64,000 nucleotides of DNA from Raillietiella orientalis. Its lineage: Eukaryota. This document shows positions 26,190 to 40,439 of this stretch, in pieces (the stretch's first letter is position 1; every line of letters begins with the position of its first letter). The stretch lies in contig JAYWIR010000017.1 of NCBI GenBank assembly GCA_036172245.1, forward strand, positions 3,472,001 to 3,536,000. The letters run 5' to 3'. The notes below the pieces were generated by a model that did no database searches, was not told the DNA's origin, and saw only the letters and a program-made list of their open reading frames with translations. A program made the translations under genes and the position numbers.

Positions 26190-26990
26190 ACGAGAGAGGA
26201 AACGTGCCTGTGTTCTGCATCTTCCTGAATGGACCCTTAGTTGAGAGGAAATCCGGAAGCCAGGTAGAAGAAGCCCTGATGCAACGACGGGAGACTGACA
26301 GCGCCGCACCTCGGACGGCAAATGTTGACTGTCCTGCGTACGACCCGCGAATGAAAGGGCAGGGCGGGCACCGGTGACTGCATGGGACCTACTCGGGAAG
26401 CGCACTCGATCCTCACTGGAAAGGTGCATCGTGTGGCTTCGGTCTTGGGCTCTTGCAGCTGGGCGTCGTTCGTACTGAATCCCTATTGGACTTACTGAAC
26501 AAGGCCACGGGATCCGAAAGCTGAAAACTGTTGGCGGCTGGCACGATCATGTGGAAGACGGATTTACCACCGGATACTGAGGATGACCTGCTGATGTTAT
26601 ACCACGGAGGTATCCTGAGTGGCTCCCGACTGGAACACTTGAGTGTCAGCAACCAAGAGGAGCTCTGCAAGAACCGCGGAGATGGAGAAAACCGTGCTCC
26701 ACGTTTTCACCTGCCCGACACCGCGCCTCGATTGGACCGGCCTGAAGACGAGCACGAAGATGAAATCCTGGCAGGAATGTTTGAAGGGGACGGGAACGTT
26801 CCCCCGATACAGTCCCATGGTTCGCGCCACCATTGCCCTCTTCATCACGAGCATAAGAACTGCGGCATGATACCCACCTGGACTTGCGGCAACATCTTGA
26901 AAAAGGTGGAGGAAGTGACCCAAGTGAGTGGACCACCCAGCAGTCTTTAGTGTCCTCCCCCGACCAACAGAGGAATAGTTTCCAAAGTGA
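26190..26990 (+). mobile_element. L1/Tx1 ORF2 C-terminal fragment
   Basis: WKTDLPP..LLMLYHG..LCKN/EKTVLHVFTCP..W is a frameshifted zf-RVT-like motif. Confidence 0.8.
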
Positions 26991-27429
26991 AGCAGAATGG
27001 GAAAATTACTGATTTGAAGTGTTCCCACTCACAACACTTCGGAAAGTGTCTGCAGCGATGTGTGATTGTTACTGTTAAATCAATGTCGTTTAATAAATTC
27101 ACCTTACTGCTTTTGGGAGCTGGGGAAAAACTGAACCCGGAAGCAGCTGCTGGCTGAAACACCCTCGGACAGATTTCCTTCCTGAGGGTTTTCCCTCTTA
27201 GCTAGAACAGCCTGGGGGAAGCAAAAGCGTTCCAAGCAGTTCGAGGGTCCAGCAGGGTGCAAGAAATCTACCCCAATAAAATCATTTGCATCTCGGGACC
27301 CTAGGGTCTACCACTATGCGTCAGAAGCGCTTCCTGAAACCTTCGAGAACACTCTACGTGGAAGAATAAAAAAAAAAAAAGCACAACTTCATCATCTGAT
27401 CCGAACCCGAAGGACTTGATCTCTCAGCA

Positions 27430-28800
27430 TCCCCACACGCTTCGAAACGTGTTCCTCGTCTGCCCATGATCGTCTTTCCCGCTATCGCAAACGCGGGAGA
27501 CCCGCGCCCGTATCGAAACGCGTAGCTGCTCCGTCCTTGATGTGCCCCTTTTCTTCGAATGATTTCCCTGGAGATGATTTTCCAAACGACCAAAGAGACG
27601 ATGGTCTAAGGGAAAGGGAGCAGGAACTCCGGGAACAACGCGTGGAATACAACAGTCCTCCGGAAACCGGGAAACGAAAGGCGAAAATTTGCCGGAGAGT
27701 GGCGCGTAGGCGGTTGTGCGACGGGAGGTCTCATCTTCCCTCACCGCGCCTACCTCTGGTTCCATGTGGCCTCCTGTTGGATCTGCCTGTCTTCTTCCGG
27801 TTATCTTAAGCTGAAGAGGGTTTCCGGAATAGTTCCACAGGTGCTCGAGGAGTTCCCACGGCACAGGTTTGAGACTGCCTCGCGTCGTGCCAGGCATCTG
27901 AGATGCTTGTCTTCGCAGGACGCGAGATTTCCCAGGATGGACAAGTGGACAATGATGCTGCGAGGAATTGCTGATTGTGTTGCGGAGTGACGACAACCCG
28001 TGCACGTGCACGATCTGCTTTGCGGTTGTTATGGGAAACTTGGCGTTGCAAAAAGAGAAAGAAGAAGCATCAGAGTTGCTGCTCCCAATTTCCCTTAGTC
28101 GATTCCAGGATGCGTTGACTTTTTTTTTTTTTTTTATGCGGTCCGATCCCATTGTTCTGAGCTTCCTTCTAGAAATTCTACCAGGCGTTTGACCCCGTTT
28201 CCTCCCCTGCTCACTTCCCTAAACGTACATTTGATAACTCCTCTGACAATGACGAAGAGATAGGTTTCTTCCCTTTCGAAATCGGTCGCGGATGAAGAAT
28301 TAAACAAATCGGCCACCTTGAAATGTCACAGCTGAGCATCAGGACCACATTCGACTGAAACCTGAAGCCCTTCCGGAAATGGTTTCATTGGAAGCAAATT
28401 CTGACCTTCAAGAATGGTATTCCTTATGACGAGAGGTGGTATCGGCACACAGCATCCTCTTCCCTCTCAGTGATCATCATGGACGCAAGTGCGCTTGAAA
28501 GGCAGCAGCCAGCTGAGGGACCCTGGAAGTCCTCAATACGGCGCAGTACGCTGCGGTTCCACGCAAAACTCGCGCGCAGTGCTGACTCCGCAAGAAGAGC
28601 CTACGTCCCCGAGAAGGAACAGACGGGAGCTGCTTCCGGTTCGGCTGCGTGGTGGAACTCCGCTCATCGCATCCAAACTCTTCCTTTGCAGCTGTGAACT
28701 CTGGAGACCAGGGTTCTTCGGCAAATCAAAAGCACACTTATAGTTCTTCGGGAATACCCTAAAGGATCCTTCTTCCGGGCTCACCGATGGAAAAAATGGC
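27430..28800 (+). mobile_element. Two L1-type endonuclease-end/linker fragments (~27430-27800, ~28330-28800)
   Basis: ARIE..AWNTTVL, and LSDHH..GPWK/LNT (SDH..G.WKLN-like). Confidence 0.4.
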
Positions 28801-30141
28801 TTCCGCAACGGAAGAGCGTGGTGCTCGTGGAAAACATGAACACTGCAGTGAATGACCCTTTCCTCTAAACTAACGGAAATACCCCCATTTTCGAATCAAA
28901 ACTCGGATCCAATGACTGTCGGTTGTGTTCTTCGGGCTTTGGGAAACGAAAGATGTTGTGTAAACAGAACAGTGGCTGTGCATTTATAGCTTCGACACCA
29001 TATATGAGTACACTGTGCAAATAGCACTAGAGACTTACTGTACAGCTGCTATAAAGCACATGATTATTTAGCCGCCGTCTGATTTCCTGGATGGGATGTG
29101 CAATGTACATCATGTGCATGTCTCTTGATTATGTAAGCATGTCTGTTTAGAACACATACACGAGCATTCACATGTGCTTCATGTGAAGAGCTTGAAAATG
29201 AATTGAGAGCCAAAAATTGTATACGTGCCACAAATTTGAGCGAACTGATAGGCGAAATTTGCCGGCGGTGTGCACCTTACGGTGTCTACGCGGACCTGAG
29301 AAACGTATTGAGCGCACTATCCACGCTGTGGCGCGAATGGTATCTATCCACATCCACGAACGCTCCGGAGGGTGCATGGCAAGCAGAAGTATGGCATGGC
29401 GTGTGCACTAACCACTTCCTCTTTGAGGTTCTAGAAACGCTAACTCTCTCTTTCTCTTTCCCCTGTGTCACCTTGAGCTGGTGCATGCCAGTTGTGTAAG
29501 ATGGAAATTTTCTAAATTTGAAAATGGGTTGTGATTTATGTAGTCGCCAAAGTGATCCGCCTCTTATTTACTCTGCCGATTTTCTTTTGATTTATTTAAG
29601 ATTTGCTTTCCTCGCCTACCATCCAGACAGAGTTTGCTTTGACATCTCAATCCGAATTCTGAAAAATGCAGTACCCTGTGTGAATAACGCTTGGTACAGC
29701 GTGTATGAAAATCACGCATCTCCTATCAAAGAAAAAGAAAAAGAAAAAAAAGGGGGGGGGGGAATTATCAATAGATCATGTTACGAAATTGCTATCATTT
29801 CTTCCTCTCCGAGGAAACTGGCAAAAGGGAAGAACTACTGATCACTACAAAGATATGCAGTAAATAAATAACCACAGTGTGGTAACCACCGTAGAAACTC
29901 ACAGAACCAAACAAGCGTGCTCCTGTGTTTTCCTTGATGCGTGTACATCAAGGGAGCTTTGTTTTCACTTTCATCACATTCATCACACTATTCTGAAAAG
30001 CTGAATACCACATATGAAAGCTGAATGTGCACTGAATTTTACATCAAGAAAGTTTCTGATTTTATTTTTTTCTTTTGCCTGTTTCTCAAAATCTGCATCT
30101 TTTCAGTAACTTTTGGAGAATCTCGCCTCAGCTCTGATTAC

Positions 30142-31985
30142 CTGGCTTTCGATGGTCCACTGTATATGCTTGTGTCCTCCTCACTTGCGGATAGTCTCAT
30201 TGTCTGGGTGCTATCTCGATCATCACTACGGTAGCAACATTTCTCACAGTCCTGCTTGCTTTCCCAGTGCACGTGGAAGGCCTCACTGCCCTTTGCCGAG
30301 TAGCCATAAGAATTCTTTGCATCTAGTGCAAGTGCTAAAGGCAAAAATCGTTGGAAAATTCAATATAATGGACTATCAACAAAACTTTCAGGAGAAACAT
30401 GCACGATGCCTGTTGAAAACTGATAATTGTTCCTGAAAGCTCGAAGTCTTTTGCAGCTCAACATTATCAGCTGCAACCGATCGTTCCAGCAACATTTAAA
30501 TAATTTTCCAGCATCCGAAAACCGAAAGCTAAGGAATGGGGTCTTCCATTTGTGATGAAGAGAGGAGGAGACGTGAAAAGTGCATGAGCGCACCTCTACT
30601 AAAAATCCAAAATGCACGATGATTAAAATGCCCATCCACAAAATATTTCAGTCACAATATTAAGCACACTTCCGAGATTCCAGATGGCAAGAAATTCTTT
30701 TGAAGAGGGAAAAAATCCTTAAAAAGAGCTATCTTGAATGAATTTATAATGTCTAAATGCCTCCTTTTTTACTGCAGTCGACACGAGACTGAGTTTTGTT
30801 TATGGCGTCTGATCTGCTGGCGGTACGGTTTCACGATGCGTGTTGAAGGATGAGGAACTCCTAGGGTGACTGAGCAGTGTAGCCACCTCCGCTTCTCAGG
30901 AAAGAATCCACCTTCAGAAAAACAAATCAGACGACCTGGAGGCTTGTTCGACCAATGTCCCTCTTTCTCTTCTGCCAAAATTCTCACAGCAGAGAATCTG
31001 AAACTAAATTTCAAGCGGTGTTAAGAGAACGGTGATTTTAGCGAGAGGTCGTACCAATCAGACTTCGGTCCCCGGAAATAATCCGCATCAAAGAACGAAT
31101 AAGTGAATTCCGCGCCTATACGTGTTCCTCTGCTTGTTTCGTTTTCCATGTTTGTCTAAGTTTCAGTTCTATGATGGAAGTGTTGAGGGGCAAAGAGTCA
31201 ACTCATTAGGGACACCACAAACAAAGAGTCATGACAAACATCCCACTGTCCTTCGCCTGTGCTAGCTGGCATTTGTTCCTGCAGTAGCTAAGAGCAGATG
31301 AGCACATATCAGAACTGATGAAATTCGCATCCCTGCCGTTACACTGCTTTAATGCTCCAGGCGTTTTCAACATTTCTCCTGAGGTTTCAAACGAATCAAG
31401 TCATTGAAGAAAGAAAAGAGTACCTGGAGGGGGGACGGCGTCCGTTGATTAAAAATTTTTGCCGCAGGCTGCGCTCGCAATCGCAACTGTGGCTGCTCCA
31501 ACAAACAGTGGCGTGCTGGAAAGGCACGATGTGCCACGGATTATACTGTGTGCAATATGCATTGTACTTTCTATGGGAATAGCAAATTACATAGTGCACA
31601 TGTAAACTGCCTACACAGAAGATATAGCGACATTAATACGAGCATTCTGATCTACTTTACGAGCATCCAGAGTAATATATCTGCAATACAATTACATGAT
31701 TTACTTTTCTGTTCTCATATGCAATAAAGGAAGGACAGTTGGACACAGACGGCAGGAAAAAAAGCGGAAGTCTTTCACATTCCTGATCAATCGTTCGAGA
31801 TTTCCAGCTTTTTGCGAAACTTTTGTCCCTGCCCACCTTGTGCAGCTTCCGGGGTGTAGAATTCTTGAACACTGACGGCATGCGAACGTAAAGGATCCTC
31901 TCGTCTGTAGATGATGAAAACTCCTGTGGTCGAGGACCGGGGAATAAACTGCTTGGAGTTCCAGGAGAAAACAATCTGCGTGATC
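30142..31985 (-). CDS. Candidate spliced exons (31837-31985, 30773-30911, 30142-30225), product unknown
   Basis: AG/GT boundaries with phase-compatible open frames; no recognisable homology; may be chance. Confidence 0.2.
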
Positions 31986-34900
31986 CTGAGGTGCAGAGGA
32001 TATTCTGATTCTGTTTCGAGCGCTTTGCTTCGGGCATGTGGATACTACGCAGCTCTTCCGCAGTGAAAGGGTTCAAGTGTTATAAATGAATTGCTTAATA
32101 GCCGGGTGCCAAACTGAGCAACTCAGTAATGACTCAGCAGTTTTGAGACCTTTCAGGAATCAAAGAGTCATGATCCCAGTGTCCTCTTTACCAGTCCCTA
32201 ATGCTGCTATTTAGCTGGAATCCGGCTGCGAAGATGATTGTTCGAATTTTTCGGATGAGGGAAGCTGTATAAGGTGGCACGTGTTTGGGATCACTGTCGG
32301 CTTTTGTGCGCCTTTGTGCTTGCGTCATCAATCAAATAAAGTCCCCGATCGGGATGTCACACCACAGAGGGGGAGTTGAAATGGGCAGTAAATAGACAAG
32401 GGAATGTATAAATTTTTTTTAAGGCGCGAAACTGCTCTGATTAAACTAAATGGAGAGAGACAATGCATTATCCAACCGTTCCAGAGATGAATGGGGCCGA
32501 ACTTATAATCTGCTCCTGCTTACCTCACGTCGCACAGCGGATTTCCCGTGGTCCCTCACATCTCTGCAAGGGAGTGAATGAGTCCCGTGCCTTTCAGACG
32601 AGCTAGATGTTTATCGACGAAACGTGCGCTCATCTGACTCCGCCGCTCGATGAACATATCTGAGTCAACAACAGCTTTACGCGAGACCTGACCCGAGAGT
32701 TGACGCGTGCGACTCCAAAGCACACGTCCACTCGTTCGAGCCTTTCTGAAGGTCCAGAAGAAAGACGGATGGAAGGGGGAGAGCCCCGCGAAATCAGGGG
32801 AGCTTTTCCCCCCTCCCTACCTCTCTTTCTCTCCTCCGACCACTGGATCTGATGGGGGAGGGGGGGAGGGGCTTCCTGGGACCTTGTCTTCCCTTGCAGG
32901 AAACCGCACTTCGACCACGGCAACCCGAAACGAAAGAACTGAGAAAGAGCGAGTATTTCCGCTGGCCTTCGCGTGGGATTTCCTCGAAGGCACCGAATAC
33001 GTCGGATATGCGGATGTGGAGTCGTAGACGTCGCGTTCGCATGCGACAGACTGACACACCTTTTTTATGACCCTTCTCGCGCCTCCCCTCGTAGCAGACG
33101 TTTAAGACCGTGCGCGGCAAATTAAGCTCATAAGACTCGTGGGAACAATCCTTCGACTTCATCACGTCGAAATAAATAAACAACCCGCGGCACGCGAAAG
33201 AGCTACGAGCTCAGAAAGCAGCAAGAGTGGAGGACGGCTGAAGAGGTGGAAGAGAAACGACTCCAGCAAGACATGGTCGCGGCTCTGGAACGCGGTGACC
33301 AAGAGGCAGCGGGAAGCAAGAGGAGAGGGATTCAGTTCCTCAGCGAAACATTTCCGTCTCTAAGACATGTGAGGAGGAGGGCCGAAAAGCGGGAGTGGAG
33401 GAACACTGGTGGGGTGTTTACTGAAGAGCTCAATTGCGGCGCTCATCTTCAGACTGCGGTAGCCACGATCCTCCCGCGCGCTTTCTAAAGGCAGCTCGTG
33501 ATGAGCTCAGAAACAGCTCCCGCTCTTGTAACTTTGTGACCTCCAAGAAAGATCCAAACTAAATTCCTCCTCTTTTGCAAGATATTCCTCAGTCTTCACA
33601 GCAGGTATCGTCAGACAACATCTCTAGGTGCTTCGTCAGGTGTCCGTTCACCTGGATAGAGCAAGTCAATGGAACAAAGAACGGATGGAAGGCACGCTTT
33701 TCTGTGTGGTCCATTCTTTCTTAGATCGCTGCTAAAAAGTCAGTAGATCCTTTCGGAACCGCATTTGTCTTGTGCTTTTTAAACTTCAAACTTTCTGATC
33801 ATTCTATGATCCCCAAGAGGTCAGTCTTTTCGCTTGAAGGAAATGGATCACAGAAATGAGTTAGCGCTGGCAGCAACCCTCCTTCCTTCTTGCGATATGA
33901 ATCCTCTCTTAATGATGCGCTCACCTTTGGTGCACAAAGAACGCCCCATGGGGAATCTCCACTAGTCCCCACGTATGCCCGCGACCACTCCCCTTCTTCA
34001 TCCCCACCGGGGGAAGGAGAGGGCTTCGGTAGGACGGTTCCCGTCTTGGCCGGCGACCCAAGATGCGTTCCCAGCGCGCGTTCCGCCTGAGACACACGTC
34101 GGCGCCGCTCTGCCCTCCTTCTCTTCCCTCTAAGGCCGTGCGTGCCGACTTCTACGACTTCCTCGTCGCTCTTCCGACGCCGTGCTCGACGACCCGTTGC
34201 CGGCGCTCGCGCCGAAGCCGATGCGCCCTCTGGAGGCGAGAGGGAGGCACACCTGCTGGCACTTGGGGTTTTCTTCCTTCGTCCCACCTTCCCGCGCGGT
34301 TAAGAACAAGCTTCGAGAGCGATGATGACTCGGCTGCCATTCCGGCGCTCCAGGCACTGACTCAAGTCTCCTTCCGGGATGGGGCACTCCGCCCAGCCCC
34401 CGACTTGCGTCATTCCCGCGACGAGGTCGACCGGACGGTGGCGCCCCTCGGTGACGAAGGTAGGCGCCTTCGTCACCAGATGGCGTCGCCGTGAGGTAAA
34501 TCAGGACCTCTCTCCCTGCCTGCACGGCACCGCTTCCGTTCCTCGCGCGTCCCTTCTCGGAACGTGGAGGACGGCGGCCTTCTTCAACCGAAGTTGCCAT
34601 GGAAACCTCGTCTGGGATCGCTTTATCGGAAGCTTCTGGCCACGTGCCGCAAACGCTTTCAAGGACGATTCCGGCATGCCAAGACGCGTGCTACTCGAAC
34701 TCACTTCCTCCACATCCGACCGATTCCGAGAAACGCACCTGGGACGTTGCATCGGAATCCGTGGGTGTGACCTCTCCCTCCTCCCTTCCTCAGGACCACA
34801 CACTTTTCGCATCTCCGGAGTCCCTCGGAGTCCTTCTCGCGTGGAAAATGAGATCTGCAATCAGAGTGCACTGTCTATGATGCACAGAATCCATCGGGAC

Positions 34901-36179
34901 GCTATCCGGTACCAAATGAGGACCATCGATTTGTTTTACGAGTCCTCTAGGCTTTCTAGAGCTTTCCGTGGAAATGACCTATGAACTATAACTTCGAATC
35001 TTTTGTTTGTAAAGTGTATCCTTGAGTGCATCTTAAATTTGCATTCTGACTCTTCGGAAAGTTTCCCTTTGAGCACAATTTTTTGACAGTCTTGATGCTC
35101 GCGGCGGTCAAATGCAGCGGACCCCAACTCTGCGAAGTCACATGTATCCTAACAGGGGCATGTCAAACACAGTCGCATGCACGCCCACGGACGCAAATAG
35201 GTGCCCGGAATTCCATTTAGCTAGTTCGGTGATTCTGAGAAGCTGTAGTAGTTATTTGACGATGTTCAAAGTATCCAGCCAAGAAAAATCAATCAAGCGG
35301 CGGATGGGTTCTCTTTAGCGTTGCGAGGAAGCATCACCAGATAAATTCTCATACCTATTGGAGGCGGCCTGGAAGTAGAATTACGGAGCGAATCTGCAAA
35401 TCATAGGCTGATGGAACGAGCATTGGATGGGGAGATTGATTTGGGGTCACGAGTCAAGTGGATAGCAGATAATGAGATGTCTTCCGCAGTTCCTGGACTT
35501 AGTCGGAGTTACCTCCGTCCAAATCTGTGCGATTATGCGGAATGAGCAAGTGCGACGCGTCCTCCGCTGCGAAGAGGAAGGGAGACCTAGGCTAGAGTGT
35601 ATCCAGGTGAACGTGGAGCATCGCGTGCAGCTGTTACGACACTGACGTTGCCGCGGCAAGATGAGGCATGCCGCAAATTAGTGATGCGCTGCTTCCGATC
35701 TTTAGAATGAACGAGGTAAGGAGAGAAAGGGTCAGGAGAAGAAGTGGAGGGAGGAGAATTTCGTAGCTCACCACGCTGTACCACGTTGCATGTGGGTGAG
35801 AGAATGACTCCGTGAAGATGATTCCCCGGCAGTAGAACTTTGCTGTCATCCACTCCATCCAGATGCAAATAGGAACCGATGATGGAGGTGCCTGAAGATC
35901 GGCCGCGACGACCGGGACACATTTTAGTAAAAGGGAAAAAAGGATCGTTGGGATTCGGGCAGCGTTGAAGACTTTTGCCCACGAAGAGCGAGAGACGCAC
36001 CGGAGGCTACTTCGTGAGGAATCGCTGCCAGGTTCCAGGAATTTTTCGTCGAATTATCTACTGCTTTGCTACAGAAGGAAATCTTTCCTAATCACTAATC
36101 TGATGAGACTTGCAGGAAGAGATGCAGAGAAAGGAGATGAGCTTCGAGAGCAGCGTTTCAAGTTGAAAAGAAAAAAAAT

Positions 36180-36600
36180 AGGCAGAAGTTAGGAAGGAGA
36201 GAAAAAAGATTTCCAAAAAGTCTTACATTGGAAACCAACTCCGAAAGATGTCTCTGCAAACTTTCAATTTTTTGCGTTGTCCCTGCTCCAAGGAATGAGG
36301 ACGCACTGTTCTTTAGAGCCAGCCAGCCTTCGTTTGCAACGTCTGGAATTCTTCTGAGAGAAAATTCCATCCTGAGACCCACCCAGTGCTTTCAAAAGAC
36401 TTTCCTCTGCTTCTTTCGAGATCACAGAAGGGGATGATGCTCTTCGATGTGCATCCGCCGTCGTGCATCTATCGCTGCATCCTCTCCTCGGATGATTCCA
36501 TCCCTTCAGTGCCGACTTTCCTTTCAACACCTTCAGCACCCATGCATCATGCGTCCCTTCTGTTGCCATTTCTCCGGGAGCAGCAAGGAAATGCTAAAAA
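36180..36600 (-). mobile_element. L1-type ORF2 fragment (post-RT region)
   Basis: DNA similarity to 39233-39390 (aaaattccatcctg.gacccacccag; gatgctcttcga). Confidence 0.45.
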
Positions 36601-38849
36601 AGCGGGCAAGAGATTTCTGGAGAGCTTGAGAGCGGCTCCACGGATCTTTTATTCTACGCTTCTGACGAGCAACAGAGGATAAAGGATGGTACCGCGGAGG
36701 AGAGTGAACGGAAGATGCTGATTCCGTCTCCCACCTAGGGGTGCCCGCGTCGGAGCTTTTGTTTGCATCGACATCCTCGCTTTTCAAATGGCACGTCCAG
36801 CGGTGGCCGCCGTTAAACTGTCGCCCAGAATTCAGCCCGCCTACCCGCCTCTAGTGCTGCCTTACTAATCCCTGCCGTTCCCTTTGCGGCGAAAGCTCGG
36901 GAAGGCTTTCCCGACCACCACCACTGAATCCGAGACGGAATTCCTCCAGCCCAGTGCTCGACGGGCTTCGAAAATAGAGGGGGGAAAAAACGACTCGATC
37001 TTGAACACCGGACGGAAGGAGGGGATAAACGAAAATGGAAAACAAAAAAAGGATGGAGGGAGGAGGGGGGGGGGATGAGTGAATCCGCCTCCGTTTTCTC
37101 TTCATCCCGCATGCTTCTCATCGGAGCCGGGACGAGCGCAGCAGCCTCTTCTCTTCCCTTCCGGAGCACTGAGTCTCCCTCCGCTCACCTAACAGCGCGA
37201 GGCGTCTGCCGAAATTTCGCCTTCAGCGAGGGAGAAAAGAAGCATGGCCACTTGCTCTTTGTCAGCTGCTCCGCGCTCTTGATTGATTTAGTGGCGAGCG
37301 TGTTCTGACAAGGACACTTGCTGTTGGTCATCTGGAAAAGCCGACAATCAGTTTGGCACCTCGTATCAATTACAGCAGGAGTGTTGCGAGCTTCCATTTG
37401 GCTCATCCGGAAAATTTATCGTCCTCTCATGGTCGCATTTTATCTCCGTGTTTTCGATCTGTGGAGCCCAATAACCAGCAATAACGGAAGGATGTGAATC
37501 CTGGCTTCTTCGTATAAATCAATATGGGTAGTGGATTCCTCCTCTTTCCCTTGCCTCTACTAGGGATGCTCTCGCCTCTGCGACTCGCGCGGTCGGCGGA
37601 GCAGCAACCCGATGTGCGAACCAGAAAAAGTGGTCCTGATCACTTCACGACCCTGGGGCGAAAATCACCTGCGAGTTCTGCGAGAAGGAGGACGGTAAGC
37701 GACGGGTCCCCGTAGCTGCTGACGACGGCGGACCGCGCGATCCCCTCGAGGTCCTTCAAAGGGAGATTTTCGGATTTCCGCTCCTTGGAGCGCCCGAGGG
37801 AGGCGAAGCGATCGCTTTTTCCTCTTTCGAGCGCATCCAAAGTGACTTCCGGATCCGTGCCGGAACCAGCATGGGATCCCCATCTTTCCCCGGTCGCACC
37901 TATGTACACACGTGTACGGCCCACACGGAGGGGAAGGCGGGGCCTGCTAGCGGTCGAATTTTCCCAACGGGACGAGGGAAGAGTCAGCTCCCGAGGAACC
38001 CTGTGGCCGGCCAGAAAGTCACCTGATACCGTTGCGGCTCCCTTCCGCAGAGCCGTGGTGCTGTGACTGCGTTGGGAGCACTCTTGCGCATCGGAGGCGG
38101 CGCAGTGGAGAAAGTGGCAGCACAGATCTCGACAACATGGCGGGAAAGCAAGGAGGAACGAGCTCGGCCCAGGATGCCAACCCGGAAAAAACGAATTTCC
38201 GCCTCGTGCTGCAAGAACGATGGACCCAAAGGAAGCCCCTGGTCCAGACTCCGAAAGTCCAGCATCCTTTATTCCTGAGTAAATGCGAACCTCGAAACAT
38301 GGCGGATCCGAAGAGCCAGAGAACTTGCCTCGGGGCCTTGGATTCGTTTTATACTCTTCAGGATTTCCCACGCCGGCGGGGGGAGGAAGGGGGAGTGAAG
38401 GAAGGGTTCCCTGACGTAGCTCCGTTTTTTCGTGGGGCCAACAAGCTGCTGCTCTGTGCAACCATAAAGAGCAAGGAGCCTGGATGGAAGTTCCAGAGGA
38501 GCCGTGTGAACGTAGCGGGCATCTCGCGTCTTCTAGCCTCGGGGCTAAGCATGCCGGAATCTCCGCCCCTCGCGCGACCTGACCTCGTGCAGTTTAGGCG
38601 GCAGCCGGAAAAGGAGCTCATGAAACCCCGATTATGTAACCGAGTAATTATTCAGGAGCGGGGAAGATGAGATGAGGGGATGATCCGAAACATTACGCTG
38701 TTACTTAATCTGCCTCCACAAGTGAAGAACGCTCTGCTGTGCACTTTCCTCGGCGATCGTGATGGACCACGGACATGGGTCCACTACCTGCCGATTCTCA
38801 AAAAAAAAGCATCCACTCTCAGGGGAATGGATGCTTCCGCGTCGCGCTC

Positions 38850-39660
38850 CTTTGATTCGCAGCTGCCAAGCAACCCATGGCTAATGACATCCTGATTCGT
38901 AGCCAAGAGACGCAAAACCATCGACACACGGGAGAAATTTTGGAGGGAGGGAATCTCGTTCCTGATGAAGCTCAAAGAAGCCCGCGAGCAGCGATTCTGG
39001 GCGCAGCAGGAAACAGCAGCTGGCAAGCAGAGGCGGATGGAGACGAGCGGCAGAGATGAAGCGACACGTCGCTAAGTGGGGCTCATGGGAGGCACGGAAA
39101 GCTGGAAGAGCAGGTTTGCGGGAGGCAGACGAGCGATTCCACCCAGACCGAGTCCGGAATTCTGGAAGCGGAGTCTGGAAAGGCTCGTACTCAGCGGAGC
39201 CAGGACGCGACAAGTCCCGGTCATCCCTTCCGCGAGAAAAATTCCATCCTGCGACCCACCCAGCCCTCCCGCCGAAAGACTGCCGCTTCCGAGATGAAAG
39301 CAGGAAAGGATGCTCTTCGACGTACGTCCGCTGAATGTGCCTTCGACGCCTTCAGCGCCCACCCGTCCCTTCGGGCGCCATTCTTCCGAGAATAGTAGGA
39401 GCGCGACTGCACCAGGTGCGCACAGATGTGTCCGGGAGGAACTCTGTTGGCGGATGCAACCTTCCTGACTCCCCCGTCGATCGTGGAGGTCGCGAGGGTG
39501 AGCGCCAGGGAACCCATGGGGAAGAGGGGGAAAGCGAGGAAGAGAGACCTTGTGCGATCCTGGCCACAGAGTCTTTGGTCCCCGAAAAAGAGTGTTCCCT
39601 GAAACCAGGAAGGTAACCTCTGGGAAGGTGGCATGGTAAGCGAGATGCTCCAGGATACAA
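38850..39660 (-). mobile_element. L1-type ORF2 fragment (RT end / GGLG region)
   Basis: GYLPG (YLG-like), RKVASANRV and GGLG in the expected order. Confidence 0.55.
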
Positions 39661-40439
39661 GCTCAGCGCTTCCAGCCCGCCTCATGGAGCCTTCTTCTCC
39701 GTCGCTCTCGTCTTTCCGGGCTCTCCCTACCTTCATTACTAATAAATAGCTGGCAATTGGGGAACAGAGTCGGCCCTTGAATCGGGGAAGCGCTGGCCCA
39801 TTCGAGGGACACGCGCAGCTGGCAGCACGGGGAGAACGCAGGCACCGCGTCCCCCACTTGGGGTGACAGCAGGATTTCTGCGGGTGGCGCTACCCCGACT
39901 CGCGGGTAGTCTGCAGGAACCCTCGCGCGATCCCCGGGGCTTCCCAGAGACCCCTCTTCAGCGGTTTCATGGATCGAGAGGTGTCTGGAGATGCTCTGAG
40001 AGCTGCGCATGCGCGTCCGGCGTCCCGACTCGCTCCCGGTTCCAGAGGCGCGCACCCATTGACGGGAGGGGCAGGTGGATCTCTCGGCATTCGGGTTCGC
40101 TCCCCCCCCCTCCCCCCATCTGTCTTCTCTCGGGGGAGAAGAAGCACAAGGGCTGAGAAATACGGGAGGAAAGAATGGAGGGGAAGGAGAAGCCGTGGCG
40201 TAACCCTCGTAGGCAAACATTCGGGAAGATGAAATCGGAATCTCCCGTGTGCGCGGCCCCAGAGAAAGGGAGGACAACGCACTGGGTAATGCTCCCTCTT
40301 GAAGGAAGAGTCGCCAAGAGGCATGCGGGACTCGGCGCTGTCAGATTTTTTTTTTTTTTTAGAAGCCTTTTAGAAGTCTCCTGGTCGATATCCCGATTCG
40401 GTGCGAAAGACCGGCTTTCCGAAAATTATCGATTCACGA

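Noticed and set aside
36080..36140. Hammerhead ribozyme (ctgatga..gaaa)
   Set aside because: Stem I has only 2 bp and stem II lacks the closing G-C pair
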